64,000 bases of DNA from Acinetobacter phage BS46. The DNA is taken from sequence record MN276049.1. The stretch is one strand, 5' to 3'. The position numbers and the translations under genes were made by a program. The notes beneath the pieces are model-generated. The model saw nothing but the letters and a program-made list of their open reading frames with translations. It ran no database searches and was not told where the DNA came from. Below are positions 1 to 9,431 of this stretch, piece after piece (the stretch's first letter is position 1; every line of letters begins with the position of its first letter).

Positions 1-621
1 ACAGTATCAATTATAGATTACGTTAAAGAAGCAGAAGAAGGAAGTTCTTCTCTTCTTAATCAAAGTCCGATATATCTAGCATTCCTTGACGCAATTGTAG
101 AGTATTATCACGAGCAGCAAAAAGACTTTATCTGGTTATCTGAAAACTTATTAAACATTGAGGTTGCTGAAAAATGGCATCTTGATTTTATTGGAATGAT
201 TGTTGGACAACCAAGATTGTTAGTTTCATTTAACACAGAGCCTTATTTTGGATTCGAAGGAAGTTATCAGTCTGAAACGTTCTCAACAGCCTCCAACCCC
301 TCTCTTGGAGGTTATTGGAACTCAATGGATACTTTCAACACCGCTTCTGCTAGAAAGCTGACAGATGAAGAATATAGAAGAATAATTAAAGCTAGAGTTA
401 TTTTTAATAATAGCTTTTGCACCAGAACAGACTTATTAAATGTAATTAACCTAATAACAGGAAATACTTCTGCATCAATCACAAGAGAACGTCATGGTCT
501 CTTAAAAATAAGAGCTGTAGATGATAGTGGTTTATTAGCTTATTTTATGTCTCGATTAGAATTAGATGACAACATCTTACCTATCGGATATGGAATAAGA
601 GCAGAACAAGTGGAGATATAA
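1..621 (+). CDS. baseplate/tail structural protein, C-terminal part (gene begins upstream of window)
   Basis: Frame 1 is open from base 1 with no stop; TAA at 619-621 overlaps ATG of next gene (ATAAATG). Confidence 0.5.
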   Translation, partial: TVSIIDYVKEAEEGSSSLLNQSPIYLAFLDAIVEYYHEQQKDFIWLSENLLNIEVAEKWHLDFIGMIVGQPRLLVSFNTEPYFGFEGSYQSETFSTASNPSLGGYWNSMDTFNTASARKLTDEEYRRIIKARVIFNNSFCTRTDLLNVINLITGNTSASITRERHGLLKIRAVDDSGLLAYFMSRLELDDNILPIGYGIRAEQVEI

Positions 622-1785
622 ATGGCGGTAGTTAATAGACCAGATTATTCTGTAGGAGTATGGGCATCGAACGGTGATATTGCTGCTCCTACATCAGAAA
701 AGATTGAGATTGGTCATATTGTAGAAAAACCTTTAAAAGAGGTAATGAACTGGATTCAAAACAGACAAGATAAAGGGATTGTCTACTTATTTCAGCAAGG
801 TATTTCAGAGTGGGTGTCAACAGAAACTTATCCTGAAAACGGGTACGTAAAACGTTCTGGTGTTATTTATAAAGCATTATCACAAAATACAGACCGTGAT
901 CCTCTTACTTATACGGATATTTGGAGACAAGCTTTCGATACTTTTGGTAGTGCTGCTGAAGTGCAATTAGAAGTTGATGAAATAACCTCAACAGATGGGT
1001 ATTTAAGCTTTTACATCCAGAAATCAAATCCTCAGTCTTCTGTTCGCTTTGATGGCGTTGCTTATTCAGCAGCACAAGGGATTCCAAACTCTAGTGCAGA
1101 TCAAATGGGTTATGTCTTTAAAAATGTTGAGACATCTGGCTTATTTTATTCAGACGCACCTATAGTCCTAAATAATGGGTTAGAAGTTGTTAAGTTTAAA
1201 AAAACAGAAGATTTGACAGACTCATCAAACAATGTAGCTACAACCGAATGGGTTCAAAATTTAGTAGCGCAGGCTATGGATGCTATTGTACCTATTGGTG
1301 CAATTATTGAATATACAGATCAAGTTGTACCAACTGATAACTTCATGTATGCACACGGTCAAGCAGTAAGTCGAACTTTATATCCTATTCTTTTTGCACG
1401 AATTGGAACTAAATTTGGTTCAGGTGACGGATCAACAACATTCAATCTTCCTGATAAACGTGGTTTATTTACTCGTGAATGGGACAATGGTAAAGGTATT
1501 GACGCGGGTCGAGAGTTAGGTTCAAAACAAGAAGATGCTGTTGAGAAACATAAACACATCCAGTCTTTAGGGGAAGCTTACGATACAGCAGGTATCTTTG
1601 GTAAATCTACAGCAAAGGGTTATCAAGGGTCAAGTGGTGGTTTGGATAATGATAACTATCTATGGTATACAAATGATGGTACTCCGTATCAAGGAACTAA
1701 CCCCAATAGTGAGAACCCTAACGTAATCGGAGACGAAACTCGCCCTAAAAACATAGCAATGGTTTCCTTAATTCGCGTCAAATAA
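622..1785 (+). CDS. tail fibre protein with phage tail-collar domain
   Basis: 387 aa; C-terminal FNLPDKRGLFTREWDNGKG...GSKQEDAVEKH matches tail-collar domain consensus; translationally coupled to upstream gene. Confidence 0.7.
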   Translation: MAVVNRPDYSVGVWASNGDIAAPTSEKIEIGHIVEKPLKEVMNWIQNRQDKGIVYLFQQGISEWVSTETYPENGYVKRSGVIYKALSQNTDRDPLTYTDIWRQAFDTFGSAAEVQLEVDEITSTDGYLSFYIQKSNPQSSVRFDGVAYSAAQGIPNSSADQMGYVFKNVETSGLFYSDAPIVLNNGLEVVKFKKTEDLTDSSNNVATTEWVQNLVAQAMDAIVPIGAIIEYTDQVVPTDNFMYAHGQAVSRTLYPILFARIGTKFGSGDGSTTFNLPDKRGLFTREWDNGKGIDAGRELGSKQEDAVEKHKHIQSLGEAYDTAGIFGKSTAKGYQGSSGGLDNDNYLWYTNDGTPYQGTNPNSENPNVIGDETRPKNIAMVSLIRVK

Positions 1786-1797
1786 TAGGAGAAGAAA

Positions 1798-2196
1798 GTG
1801 GATGGCACTTCAACAACCTCTCTAATAGGTCTACTAAAGTTTTTATACCCTTCTTTAATCGGAAGTGCTTTAGCAGTATGGTATAAAAGAAATGATATAA
1901 AATGGAAAGAAAAAACTTTAGATGAAAAGATTTTCTACAGCTTTGTAGGGATTGCAGCAATAGTTGTTGGTGTCTCCATTGGTCTTGCTCTTGGTAATTC
2001 ACTTATTATTTATTTTGGTCTTGTAGAATACTGGTATTGCTTCGGTGTATATATGTTCTCAAGTCTGTCATCACTAAAGTTATTGGATGCTATTGTTAAA
2101 AATAGTGATGATATATTGTCAACTGTTTTCAACGGAATTAAAGATGTTGTTACTACATTCTTTGAAACTATAACTTCAAGATGGAAGAAAAAATGA
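1798..2196 (+). CDS. membrane protein (possible holin/antiholin partner)
   Basis: GTG start after AGGAGA; several hydrophobic helices; directly upstream of holin-like gene and endolysin. Confidence 0.45.
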   Translation: MDGTSTTSLIGLLKFLYPSLIGSALAVWYKRNDIKWKEKTLDEKIFYSFVGIAAIVVGVSIGLALGNSLIIYFGLVEYWYCFGVYMFSSLSSLKLLDAIVKNSDDILSTVFNGIKDVVTTFFETITSRWKKK

Positions 2197-2510
2197 TCAT
2201 TTATATCGCTTTAATCCAGCTATTTCTTTTAATTAATACAATTATTATATTTATATGTGAACACAGCCCATTATGGGCTAACACATGGAAGAGCGTTCTG
2301 CTACGCTTTATTATAGCCATATTATTTTTAGTTATTGGTAGTTATGTTCCTATGTTAGCACTACTCCCATATTATTGTACATTTATTGCTTTCTTTGCGT
2401 CAATTGTGTTCACAGTCTTATTAGTGAAATATATCATGCTTGAATATTTTGAAAGAGTTAGAAGAATATCCAAATTAAGGAGAAAAAATAAAAATGAAAA
2501 TGAACTTTGA
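2181..2510 (+). CDS. putative holin
   Basis: 109 aa, three predicted TM helices, highly charged C-terminus RRISKLRRKNKNENEL, overlaps endolysin start. Confidence 0.5.
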   Translation: MEEKMIIYIALIQLFLLINTIIIFICEHSPLWANTWKSVLLRFIIAILFLVIGSYVPMLALLPYYCTFIAFFASIVFTVLLVKYIMLEYFERVRRISKLRRKNKNENEL

Positions 2511-3090
2511 TAAAATTAGAAACTCTTTATTTGGTGGCTCATTAAAACAATCTCAAGTTGATGGAATTAATGCAATACTAGAATCCATTAATAAGCACGG
2601 AATTTCAAAAGAACAAGCAGCATATGTTTATGCAACTGTTTACCATGAGACAGCAAGAACAATGCAACCAATCGAAGAGTACGGTAAAGGTCAAGGTAGA
2701 CCTTACGGAACTTGGTATAAAAACTCAAAAGGTGAATTATATTCTTGGAAGAATGGAAATAAAAATACAGCCTATTTACATAAAGACTTTCCACACTTGT
2801 ATTATGGCAGATCATTTCCTCAATTAACTTGGTTTGATAATTACAAAAAAGCAGGAAATATTCTTGGTGTCGATTTCCTTAGAAACCCAAAACTTGTTAT
2901 GGACTTAAAATATGCATCTGAAATTCTAGTGGTTGGGATGATGGATGGATGGTTTACAGGTCGTAAGTTATCAGATTATATCAACCACTCAAAAACAGAT
3001 TATTATAATGCAAGAAGAATAATTAATGGTACAGACAGGGCTAAATTAATTTCTGAATATGCATCAACATTTAAAGAAGCATTGTTTTAA
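2494..3090 (+). CDS. endolysin, glycoside hydrolase family 19 (chitinase-like lysozyme)
   Basis: Motifs YHETAR, YYGRSFPQLTWFDNY, GVDFLRNPKLV resemble GH19 catalytic signatures; AAGGAG RBS. Confidence 0.7.
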   Translation: MKMNFDKIRNSLFGGSLKQSQVDGINAILESINKHGISKEQAAYVYATVYHETARTMQPIEEYGKGQGRPYGTWYKNSKGELYSWKNGNKNTAYLHKDFPHLYYGRSFPQLTWFDNYKKAGNILGVDFLRNPKLVMDLKYASEILVVGMMDGWFTGRKLSDYINHSKTDYYNARRIINGTDRAKLISEYASTFKEALF

Positions 3091-3099
3091 GAGGAATGT

Positions 3100-5577
3100 A
3101 TGGCTAGTACAAAAATACAAAACTTACCAATAAAATCCCCAATCGGTTCAATGAAAATACCTACTGGTGGTTTTGGGGATTATAGCATAACAGTTAACAG
3201 TATCGGTGAATTTATTATTGATACGTTCAATCTTGCAACAACCAACTACGTTGACAATATTGTAGCGGATAAAGAAGATAGAATTCTAACTACTGGTGGA
3301 AATCTATTACCAGTTTCTCAACTTAGTGAAATACCTGATACAAATAACGACATTATTGATGAAGTTGCTCAAGCACTATTAAACAGAATAGAGTACGTTA
3401 AGGATAATTTTAGCACAGCTCCTTCACACAATGAGTTATTGGGAAGAAGTGCATCAGGTGCTCACCCATCTACATCAATATCTCATAAGTCTGGAACTGT
3501 ATATACATATCTTCAAAACAATGAAACAGATATTAATCAAATTAAAAATACAGATATTCCAAATTTAAACATTAATTTATCAAACAAACAAGATATTATT
3601 TCTATAGGGGATGCTTTATCTTCAACACCCAATCTATCACAAGTTCCGTCTGTTTCTCATACTGGTATCAATACGGCACTGCAAGCTTTACTAAACAGAA
3701 ATACATATTTTAGTAATCACAATAATCTAACAAATAAATCAGATGAAAATAGTCACCCTGCTTCAGCCATACAGGACGAAACTGGTTTTTCTCAACAAGA
3801 GATTAACAACAGTATTAAATTAAAGACTTTTGATGATCTAAAAAACTTCAAACCAATAATGAACGGTCAAACAGTTTATGTTGGACAAAGAAGCAACACC
3901 TATTTGCAAGGCGGTGGACTTTTTTATGCTGATACATCTGATACCACTAGCTTAGATAATGATGGGACAATTCTAGTTGGTATTGATGGCACAAGATGGA
4001 AGAGAAAATGGAATACTTACGCAGACCCTTGCTGGTTTGGTGCTGATTATACAGGTACGGATGATTGTTCTGCCCAAGTACAGAAAGCAGTTGATGTATC
4101 ATATGGACGCGTTTGGTTTGGAAATGCTGATCGAAGTTTCAAAATGATGACACCTGTTGGACTGCCAACTAATAGTATCGTTGGCGACATGCTAATGGAA
4201 ATCTGCGGAGATGGAGCTAGGGTTTGGGTTTACTCAAATACAGGGATTTTTACATCAAAGAGATCAATAGGATTAGAAACATCAACCGATGATCTATATA
4301 CAGCAGCTCTTGAAATCGGGCGTGGTTTGAGATTTCAGGGAGATGGAACAAGTCAATCAGTCGTTGTTAATGGTGATCGTCTTTATAACGTTAATATGAA
4401 AGGTGGTCGATATTTGCGAATATCAGCACTAGTTAGAGCAACACAGCCACGCAGGAATGAAACAACTGGATACGTACAATCCGTGACGATTGAAAGTAAT
4501 CATTTAGCCCTTTGTAATCGTATCATTGATTCTAAGCGAGGTTTTAACGTCACGGTTAGTCGCAACTTTGGTGAATCATGCTATGGAGGTGTTTATTTAG
4601 ATGGTGATGGCAGCCCTGCGGTTAACGTTATTCGCTGTGATGGAAACTTATGGGAATCCAGCGGGGTATTTGCAAAGCTTGGAGCTATTTACGCTGGTAC
4701 ATTTATTGGAAACTATTTCGAAGGTAATAATTCTGGTGATTTACCTACACTTAAATGTCTTATTGAGTTGGGTAAAACTGGTACAACTGGGTATTCAAGC
4801 GGAGTAACATTTATTGGGAATCAGTTTGGCGCTGCTAATGCCTACAAGACAGATGTTGATTATGCTGATGTTAAGTTTACCTCATCATTAAGCGGAACTA
4901 GTTTAGATATTTTAGCGCCACCAACTTTTGTTGGGAACTGGACGAATGCATATAGAATGTGGACAGCAGGTCAAGTAGTTACACAATTCGGCAACGCATT
5001 TAGTGGTGGTAATGCGCGAAGACACCAAGCACCAAAATTACACACAGAAGCCAGAGTCACTTTTGATTTATCTCGAAAGGAGTTTTTAAGCTCTACGAAC
5101 TTGGTTGGTGGTGTTCACACTATTGCTGAGGTTGACACAAACTTGATATCAAATTTAGTGAACCAGTCAGCAAGAGCCTGTACAGCTGATATGAATATAT
5201 TCATGCAAATGAAGAATTCAAGTAACGTTGTTTTGGGGGCTGCGGTTGCTAAGGTTTCTCTAGTAGTGCAAGGTTCAGAGGGTATCGGTACTGGAGCAAC
5301 AACAGATGTTTATGTTGCAGCATCTCTAACTGGATTCACTCAATTAGAAGGTGGAGTTATTGATACAGTTAACAATGTTAGCTTGTTCAAGCATTTTACA
5401 TCACCAGTTTTAACAATTGAGCGAGTAGGTACAAAATACTTATTAAAATTGTCTGGTTATGTTGCAGCAAGTGGTTCTCTGTATGGGGCAACGGCTAAAG
5501 TTTTTTCAAATACAACTATGACGATTTACTCGTTAAATAGTGGTGCTTCATTAGCTGGTCAAATATATCCAACATAA
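3100..5577 (+). CDS. tail fibre / tailspike protein (large receptor-binding protein)
   Basis: 825 aa; N-terminal IPTGGFGDYSITVNSIGEFI anchor shared with next gene; internal repeated ALLNR..HPSTSISH modules; central Gly/Asn-rich beta-helix-like region. Confidence 0.65.
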   Translation: MASTKIQNLPIKSPIGSMKIPTGGFGDYSITVNSIGEFIIDTFNLATTNYVDNIVADKEDRILTTGGNLLPVSQLSEIPDTNNDIIDEVAQALLNRIEYVKDNFSTAPSHNELLGRSASGAHPSTSISHKSGTVYTYLQNNETDINQIKNTDIPNLNINLSNKQDIISIGDALSSTPNLSQVPSVSHTGINTALQALLNRNTYFSNHNNLTNKSDENSHPASAIQDETGFSQQEINNSIKLKTFDDLKNFKPIMNGQTVYVGQRSNTYLQGGGLFYADTSDTTSLDNDGTILVGIDGTRWKRKWNTYADPCWFGADYTGTDDCSAQVQKAVDVSYGRVWFGNADRSFKMMTPVGLPTNSIVGDMLMEICGDGARVWVYSNTGIFTSKRSIGLETSTDDLYTAALEIGRGLRFQGDGTSQSVVVNGDRLYNVNMKGGRYLRISALVRATQPRRNETTGYVQSVTIESNHLALCNRIIDSKRGFNVTVSRNFGESCYGGVYLDGDGSPAVNVIRCDGNLWESSGVFAKLGAIYAGTFIGNYFEGNNSGDLPTLKCLIELGKTGTTGYSSGVTFIGNQFGAANAYKTDVDYADVKFTSSLSGTSLDILAPPTFVGNWTNAYRMWTAGQVVTQFGNAFSGGNARRHQAPKLHTEARVTFDLSRKEFLSSTNLVGGVHTIAEVDTNLISNLVNQSARACTADMNIFMQMKNSSNVVLGAAVAKVSLVVQGSEGIGTGATTDVYVAASLTGFTQLEGGVIDTVNNVSLFKHFTSPVLTIERVGTKYLLKLSGYVAASGSLYGATAKVFSNTTMTIYSLNSGASLAGQIYPT

Positions 5578-5595
5578 TAAAAAGGAAAATAAAAA

Positions 5596-6366
5596 ATGAC
5601 GGATTTAAGAATTGCTGATGCTCCTGAATTAGCGTTGGAAACTATAACAGGTAATGAAAAAATACCTACGGGTGGTTATGGTAATAATTCTGTGACTATT
5701 TCAAATATTGGGCAGTTTGTAAAAACTGCCCTTACTTTAGCAACTGAAGCTTACGTATCAAATGTATTTAGTCAAACAGAAAATAAGATAATTTTAACAG
5801 GAAATAATTTAATTCCTTCTTCAAATTATGTTGAAATACCACAAATAAATAATATTGTTCTAAATAGTATTCATCAAAATTTACTTAACAGAATGGAATG
5901 GATTAAAAATAATGTTTCTGTTATTACAGATCACCAAGTACTATTAAATAGGTCATCAGTTAATACCCACCCATCAACATCAATATCTCATAACGGAACA
6001 TCCAATGTTTCAATTGAAATTGAAGAGTTAAAAAATGATGTTTTAAGAATCAACACGGAAACTATTCCAGAATTACAAAATTATATTGTAGGTAAACAAG
6101 ATGTAATTGTTAGTGATGCTAATTTAACACCAGTTTCCAGTTTATCAAATGTACCTTCTACAAATAACATCTCCCTAAATTCATCTCTTCAAGCTTTGTT
6201 AAATAGGATTGAATATGTGAGATTGAATAATATTGAAAAATCAGGAACTACAGCACAAAGACCAGCTGGTGTCACAACAGGTTATCAATTCTTTGATACA
6301 ACATTAGGAAAACCTATTTACTGGAACGGTAGCTCATGGGTTGACTCAACAGGAGCATCTGTATAA
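5596..6366 (+). CDS. second tail fibre protein sharing N-terminal anchor domain
   Basis: 256 aa; N-terminus IPTGGYGNNSVTISNIGQFV homologous to 3100-5577; repeated ALLNR modules; C-terminal FDTTLGKPIYWNGSSWVD motif. Confidence 0.6.
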   Translation: MTDLRIADAPELALETITGNEKIPTGGYGNNSVTISNIGQFVKTALTLATEAYVSNVFSQTENKIILTGNNLIPSSNYVEIPQINNIVLNSIHQNLLNRMEWIKNNVSVITDHQVLLNRSSVNTHPSTSISHNGTSNVSIEIEELKNDVLRINTETIPELQNYIVGKQDVIVSDANLTPVSSLSNVPSTNNISLNSSLQALLNRIEYVRLNNIEKSGTTAQRPAGVTTGYQFFDTTLGKPIYWNGSSWVDSTGASV

Positions 6367-6398
6367 CAAAATCCTCGCCTTCGGGTGGGGATTTTTTA
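6367..6398 (+). terminator. rho-independent terminator after fibre genes
   Basis: AAATCCTCGCC-TTCG-GGTGGGGATTT stem-loop followed by TTTTT. Confidence 0.7.
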
Positions 6399-6480
6399 CG
6401 TCTGTTATTTTATAAAATTAAATGTTTTGATTCTTTAATGATTATTTAATGTTTATTAAAAGATTCCGTGTATCATCTTT

Positions 6481-6598
6481 GATACCGTTATCAAGCAAAC
6501 TTGATACTGTTTATATGCAAAGATGTAACTGTTACTGGCAAAGATGTACCTGTTTAGAATTAATTAATTTGACAAGATTGCTACTGTTTATGTATGAT
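6481..6598. repeat. iteron-like direct repeat array overlapping promoter
   Basis: GCAAAGATGTAMCTGTT at 6517-6533 and 6538-6554 (21 bp phasing); TACTGTTTAT at 6505-6514 and 6582-6591; GATACCGTTAT at 6481-6491. Confidence 0.5.
6569..6598 (+). promoter_or_regulatory. sigma70-like promoter for HTH gene
   Basis: TTGACA (6569-6574) N18 TATGAT (6593-6598). Confidence 0.5.
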
Positions 6599-6676
6599 CA
6601 TTTCAGTTAGATTGATAGACGATTAAATTAGTGAAGGAAGTTAATTTAGTCTGTTATAAGTTAGAGGTTGTTTATT

Positions 6677-7441
6677 GTGAGTTTTAAGTACACTAAATCT
6701 GTTTGGAGCTTTTCTTTTAATGGGAAGAACAGAGCAATAAAAAAGTTAATCATGTTAAATCTTGCAGACAGGGCAGGAGATGATGGTTTGTGTTTTCCTT
6801 CTGTTGCTAAGATAGCAGAAGATACTTTATTAGACAGAAGAACAATCATGACTGCTATAACATCTATGATTGAAGAAGGTTTATTGGAAGACACAAAAAT
6901 GAGAAAAGGACAAACAAAACAGGTTAGGGTGTTGAGGATTTTAATAGATGTTGAAGATGACAATAAATCACTGTCAGATCACCGTAGCAAGAAGAAAGAG
7001 GATTCAGGTACGGTAGTACCACATACACCTAAAATTAAACCATGTCATGCGAAAAACACGTTTAAATCGAATGTTTCTTCTGGTGTCTCAGAATCTATGA
7101 AGAAGTCTTTTGAAGAGCAAGGGAAACCAAGAGATAATGTTGTTAAGGGTGGTGTACCAGAATCACTGAAACACTTGCTGAAAAGAAAGAAAGATGTTGT
7201 TGAAGAATCAAATGTTGAACAACACCAAGAATATTTAGAGGATTTTGAATTAACACAATCTGAATACGATGAGTGTGATGCAGCAATGTCGCATTCTCTC
7301 AACAATCCTATTGAATATGAGGATAAAGATTTGACATTGAGTGAATTAGTTGGTAGTGTGTTCAAACAAGGTGCTTCAGAAGATAGAAAGAAGATATATC
7401 AGATGGGGCAAATACAATACAAATTTAGTGAAGACTATTGA
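6677..7441 (+). CDS. helix-turn-helix (HTH_36/DnaD-like) replication-initiator or regulator protein
   Basis: LNLADRAGDDGLCFPSVAKIAEDTLLDRRTIMTAITSMIEEGLL is a typical winged-HTH replication/regulator N-domain; start uncertain (GTG 6677 after GAGG, or ATG 6752); acidic C-terminal half. Confidence 0.5.
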   Translation: MSFKYTKSVWSFSFNGKNRAIKKLIMLNLADRAGDDGLCFPSVAKIAEDTLLDRRTIMTAITSMIEEGLLEDTKMRKGQTKQVRVLRILIDVEDDNKSLSDHRSKKKEDSGTVVPHTPKIKPCHAKNTFKSNVSSGVSESMKKSFEEQGKPRDNVVKGGVPESLKHLLKRKKDVVEESNVEQHQEYLEDFELTQSEYDECDAAMSHSLNNPIEYEDKDLTLSELVGSVFKQGASEDRKKIYQMGQIQYKFSEDY

Positions 7442-7725
7442 GAATATTTTTGTTAACAGGAGTATTTATGAGACATAATTATAATGAAGTATATACAAGG
7501 CTTAGAAAGATGAATGAGAATCTTGAAACTGATGAAGAGAAGATTAATAAACGTTGTAAGAGAACAAAAGATATTATTTCTGAAAATATTGAAAAGCTTT
7601 ATGATGTTGGATTTGATTTAGATTATTTCCAAGATTATACTGGTGATGAAAATCTTAAAGAAGCTTCTGAATTAATTAATAAATCATTGGAATTAATGAA
7701 GAAGTTTGTGAGTAGTGTAAAGTGA
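7438..7725 (+). CDS. hypothetical protein
   Basis: 95 aa ORF, AGGAG RBS, overlaps neighbours by 4 nt. Confidence 0.4.
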   Translation: MRIFLLTGVFMRHNYNEVYTRLRKMNENLETDEEKINKRCKRTKDIISENIEKLYDVGFDLDYFQDYTGDENLKEASELINKSLELMKKFVSSVK

Positions 7726-8018
7726 CTTACATATTTGATGTCAACAACGAGCTTCAGTGGCTAAACGACCATAGATTTATTTGGGATTATTATGGAATTG
7801 ATATTCCAGATGGTAAACCTTATGTTTTTTGTAGAACAGAACATTGGTCAATTGCACTAACAAGAATTAAAGGTGAATTGTTATTTGAAGCCTATCACAC
7901 ACCAATTGGGAAAAGAATTGACGCTGATGCTGAATACGATTATAGTAGTATTAACTTACTGGATGTTTTGGACTGCATTCAATCCATCAGTGGTGAAGAA
8001 GAGTTGTTATATTATTAG
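7722..8018 (+). CDS. hypothetical protein
   Basis: 98 aa ORF in operon register. Confidence 0.4.
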   Translation: MTYIFDVNNELQWLNDHRFIWDYYGIDIPDGKPYVFCRTEHWSIALTRIKGELLFEAYHTPIGKRIDADAEYDYSSINLLDVLDCIQSISGEEELLYY

Positions 8019-8028
8019 GAGACATATT

Positions 8029-8466
8029 ATGGGTATGTATGGTGGAATGACAGGTTCAGTTTTATTGTCTAAAGATAACGTAGAAGACTTAAAATCTATT
8101 GACATAATGAATTATATCTTTGGTTGTTGGAATAGTGATGGGTTGGATTTTATTGAACATGGTATGGAAGGTTTTAGCCGAGAATTCAAATTTGATGATA
8201 AGGTCAATTTAAGTTTTGCTACTGGAACTAAGGCATACCGATTGACTGAAATTTTAGAAATAATATTTCGTGTCGCTGAAGCTTATCTTATTTATTATGC
8301 TGATGAGTATGGAAGAAAAAGTGTCTTCTATAAAGATACAGAAGATGGTTGTTATATATTTAATAGTATGAAGTTAATATCTTATTGGGTTGAGGATTTT
8401 GACTACTCTAACACAACTAAAAATCAGCATGTTATTAAGGAAGATGATTGGAGAAGCTATTTATGA
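8029..8466 (+). CDS. hypothetical protein
   Basis: ATG at 8029 preceded by AGGAGA (track ORF 7873 over-extended into previous gene). Confidence 0.5.
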   Translation: MGMYGGMTGSVLLSKDNVEDLKSIDIMNYIFGCWNSDGLDFIEHGMEGFSREFKFDDKVNLSFATGTKAYRLTEILEIIFRVAEAYLIYYADEYGRKSVFYKDTEDGCYIFNSMKLISYWVEDFDYSNTTKNQHVIKEDDWRSYL

Positions 8467-8663
8467 TTGCTGTAAGACTATACGAAGATTACGATGTTGA
8501 CATTTATGGTAATCCTAAAAGAAGTGGTAAGAAGATTCTTTGGGTTGATTATGGTGTTAATCTTGATTGGTTGACAACTGTTTGTTTACCCTGTGTTAGA
8601 TGGGAAGTTTTTAAACAACATTGTTATTATGATTCTGGAATTGGAGAGTGGATTTTAAAATGA
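8463..8663 (+). CDS. hypothetical protein
   Basis: ATG 8463 after GGAGAAG; ATGA overlap with previous stop. Confidence 0.4.
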   Translation: MIAVRLYEDYDVDIYGNPKRSGKKILWVDYGVNLDWLTTVCLPCVRWEVFKQHCYYDSGIGEWILK

Positions 8664-8800
8664 TTATGATATGTTTAGGATGTTATAATAAGTTCCCATT
8701 CTATTTAGAACCATTTCGAGATTATCCTTATTGTCCTGAATGTGGTTCAGGTAAAACAGGCTATTATGATGAAGATGGTAAATTGGTTATGAATAATTGA
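8660..8800 (+). CDS. small zinc-ribbon protein (46 aa)
   Basis: MIMICLGCYNKFPFYLEPFRDYPYCPECGSGKTGYY; CxxC...CxxC; ATGA overlap; not in ORF track (<60 aa). Confidence 0.35.
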   Translation: MIMICLGCYNKFPFYLEPFRDYPYCPECGSGKTGYYDEDGKLVMNN

Positions 8801-8809
8801 GGTTATGAA

Positions 8810-9148
8810 ATGAAAAAAGAAGTTGAACTATTGAAAGAGAATATGAAGAAGAAACGTGGTACAGGTCGAACTAGACGTATGATCTTTGAAGCTGCGCGTC
8901 AAGTATTCTTGGAAGGTAGGTCTGTTGTAATCGTAGCTAAGACAGAAGCTAGTAAAGTTGAAATAGCTTCACAAGTTACTAAATACTTTAACAAGTCAAT
9001 ATCGAATAATATTGACGTTAAGTCAATGGAATATTCTGGTGAGTATCTAAAATCTTTAGATAAAGATAAGGTTGTACTATATGACCATTATTGTTTTGAG
9101 CAGGACTTGCTTGACCTAATGGAAAAGTATACAATGTATGATAAATAA
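8810..9148 (+). CDS. hypothetical protein
   Basis: 112 aa ORF with RBS. Confidence 0.45.
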   Translation: MKKEVELLKENMKKKRGTGRTRRMIFEAARQVFLEGRSVVIVAKTEASKVEIASQVTKYFNKSISNNIDVKSMEYSGEYLKSLDKDKVVLYDHYCFEQDLLDLMEKYTMYDK

Positions 9149-9191
9149 ATTAAGGATTTAAAATGTGTGATAGAATCTTTGGAATTATCTC

Positions 9192-9431
9192 TTGGAGAGA
9201 TTGATGAGTAATAAACAATATTATTATCAAGATGAATTATACATCATTGAGAAAGATGAGATATGGGAAGAGGATTGGTACTTCTTGTATGAATACACAG
9301 TAGAGAATGGTAAGGTTAAGAAAGGTCATACAATCAAAGCATCTACTAACCACAGTGACATTGTAGAAGCAATGAGTGTACATAACATGTATTTAAGATC
9401 AAAGGATAAAGAGAAGGAGATGAACAAATGA
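9192..9431 (+). CDS. hypothetical protein
   Basis: 79 aa ORF. Confidence 0.4.
   Translation: MERLMSNKQYYYQDELYIIEKDEIWEEDWYFLYEYTVENGKVKKGHTIKASTNHSDIVEAMSVHNMYLRSKDKEKEMNK

Noticed and set aside
905-7365. Antisense or nested track ORFs within tail-fibre, endolysin and HTH genes (905-1087, 1359-1559, 1778-2002, 2588-2815, 2624-2827, 4601-4807, 6661-6963, 7045-7365)
   Set aside because: They lie fully inside longer, motif-supported genes, have no RBS, and break the uniform strand polarity of the module.
7873-8028. N-terminal extension of track ORF 7873-8466 overlapping the previous gene by 146 nt
   Set aside because: An in-frame ATG at 8029 with an AGGAGA RBS gives a non-overlapping gene, and the extension encodes an implausible hydrophobic or low-complexity peptide.
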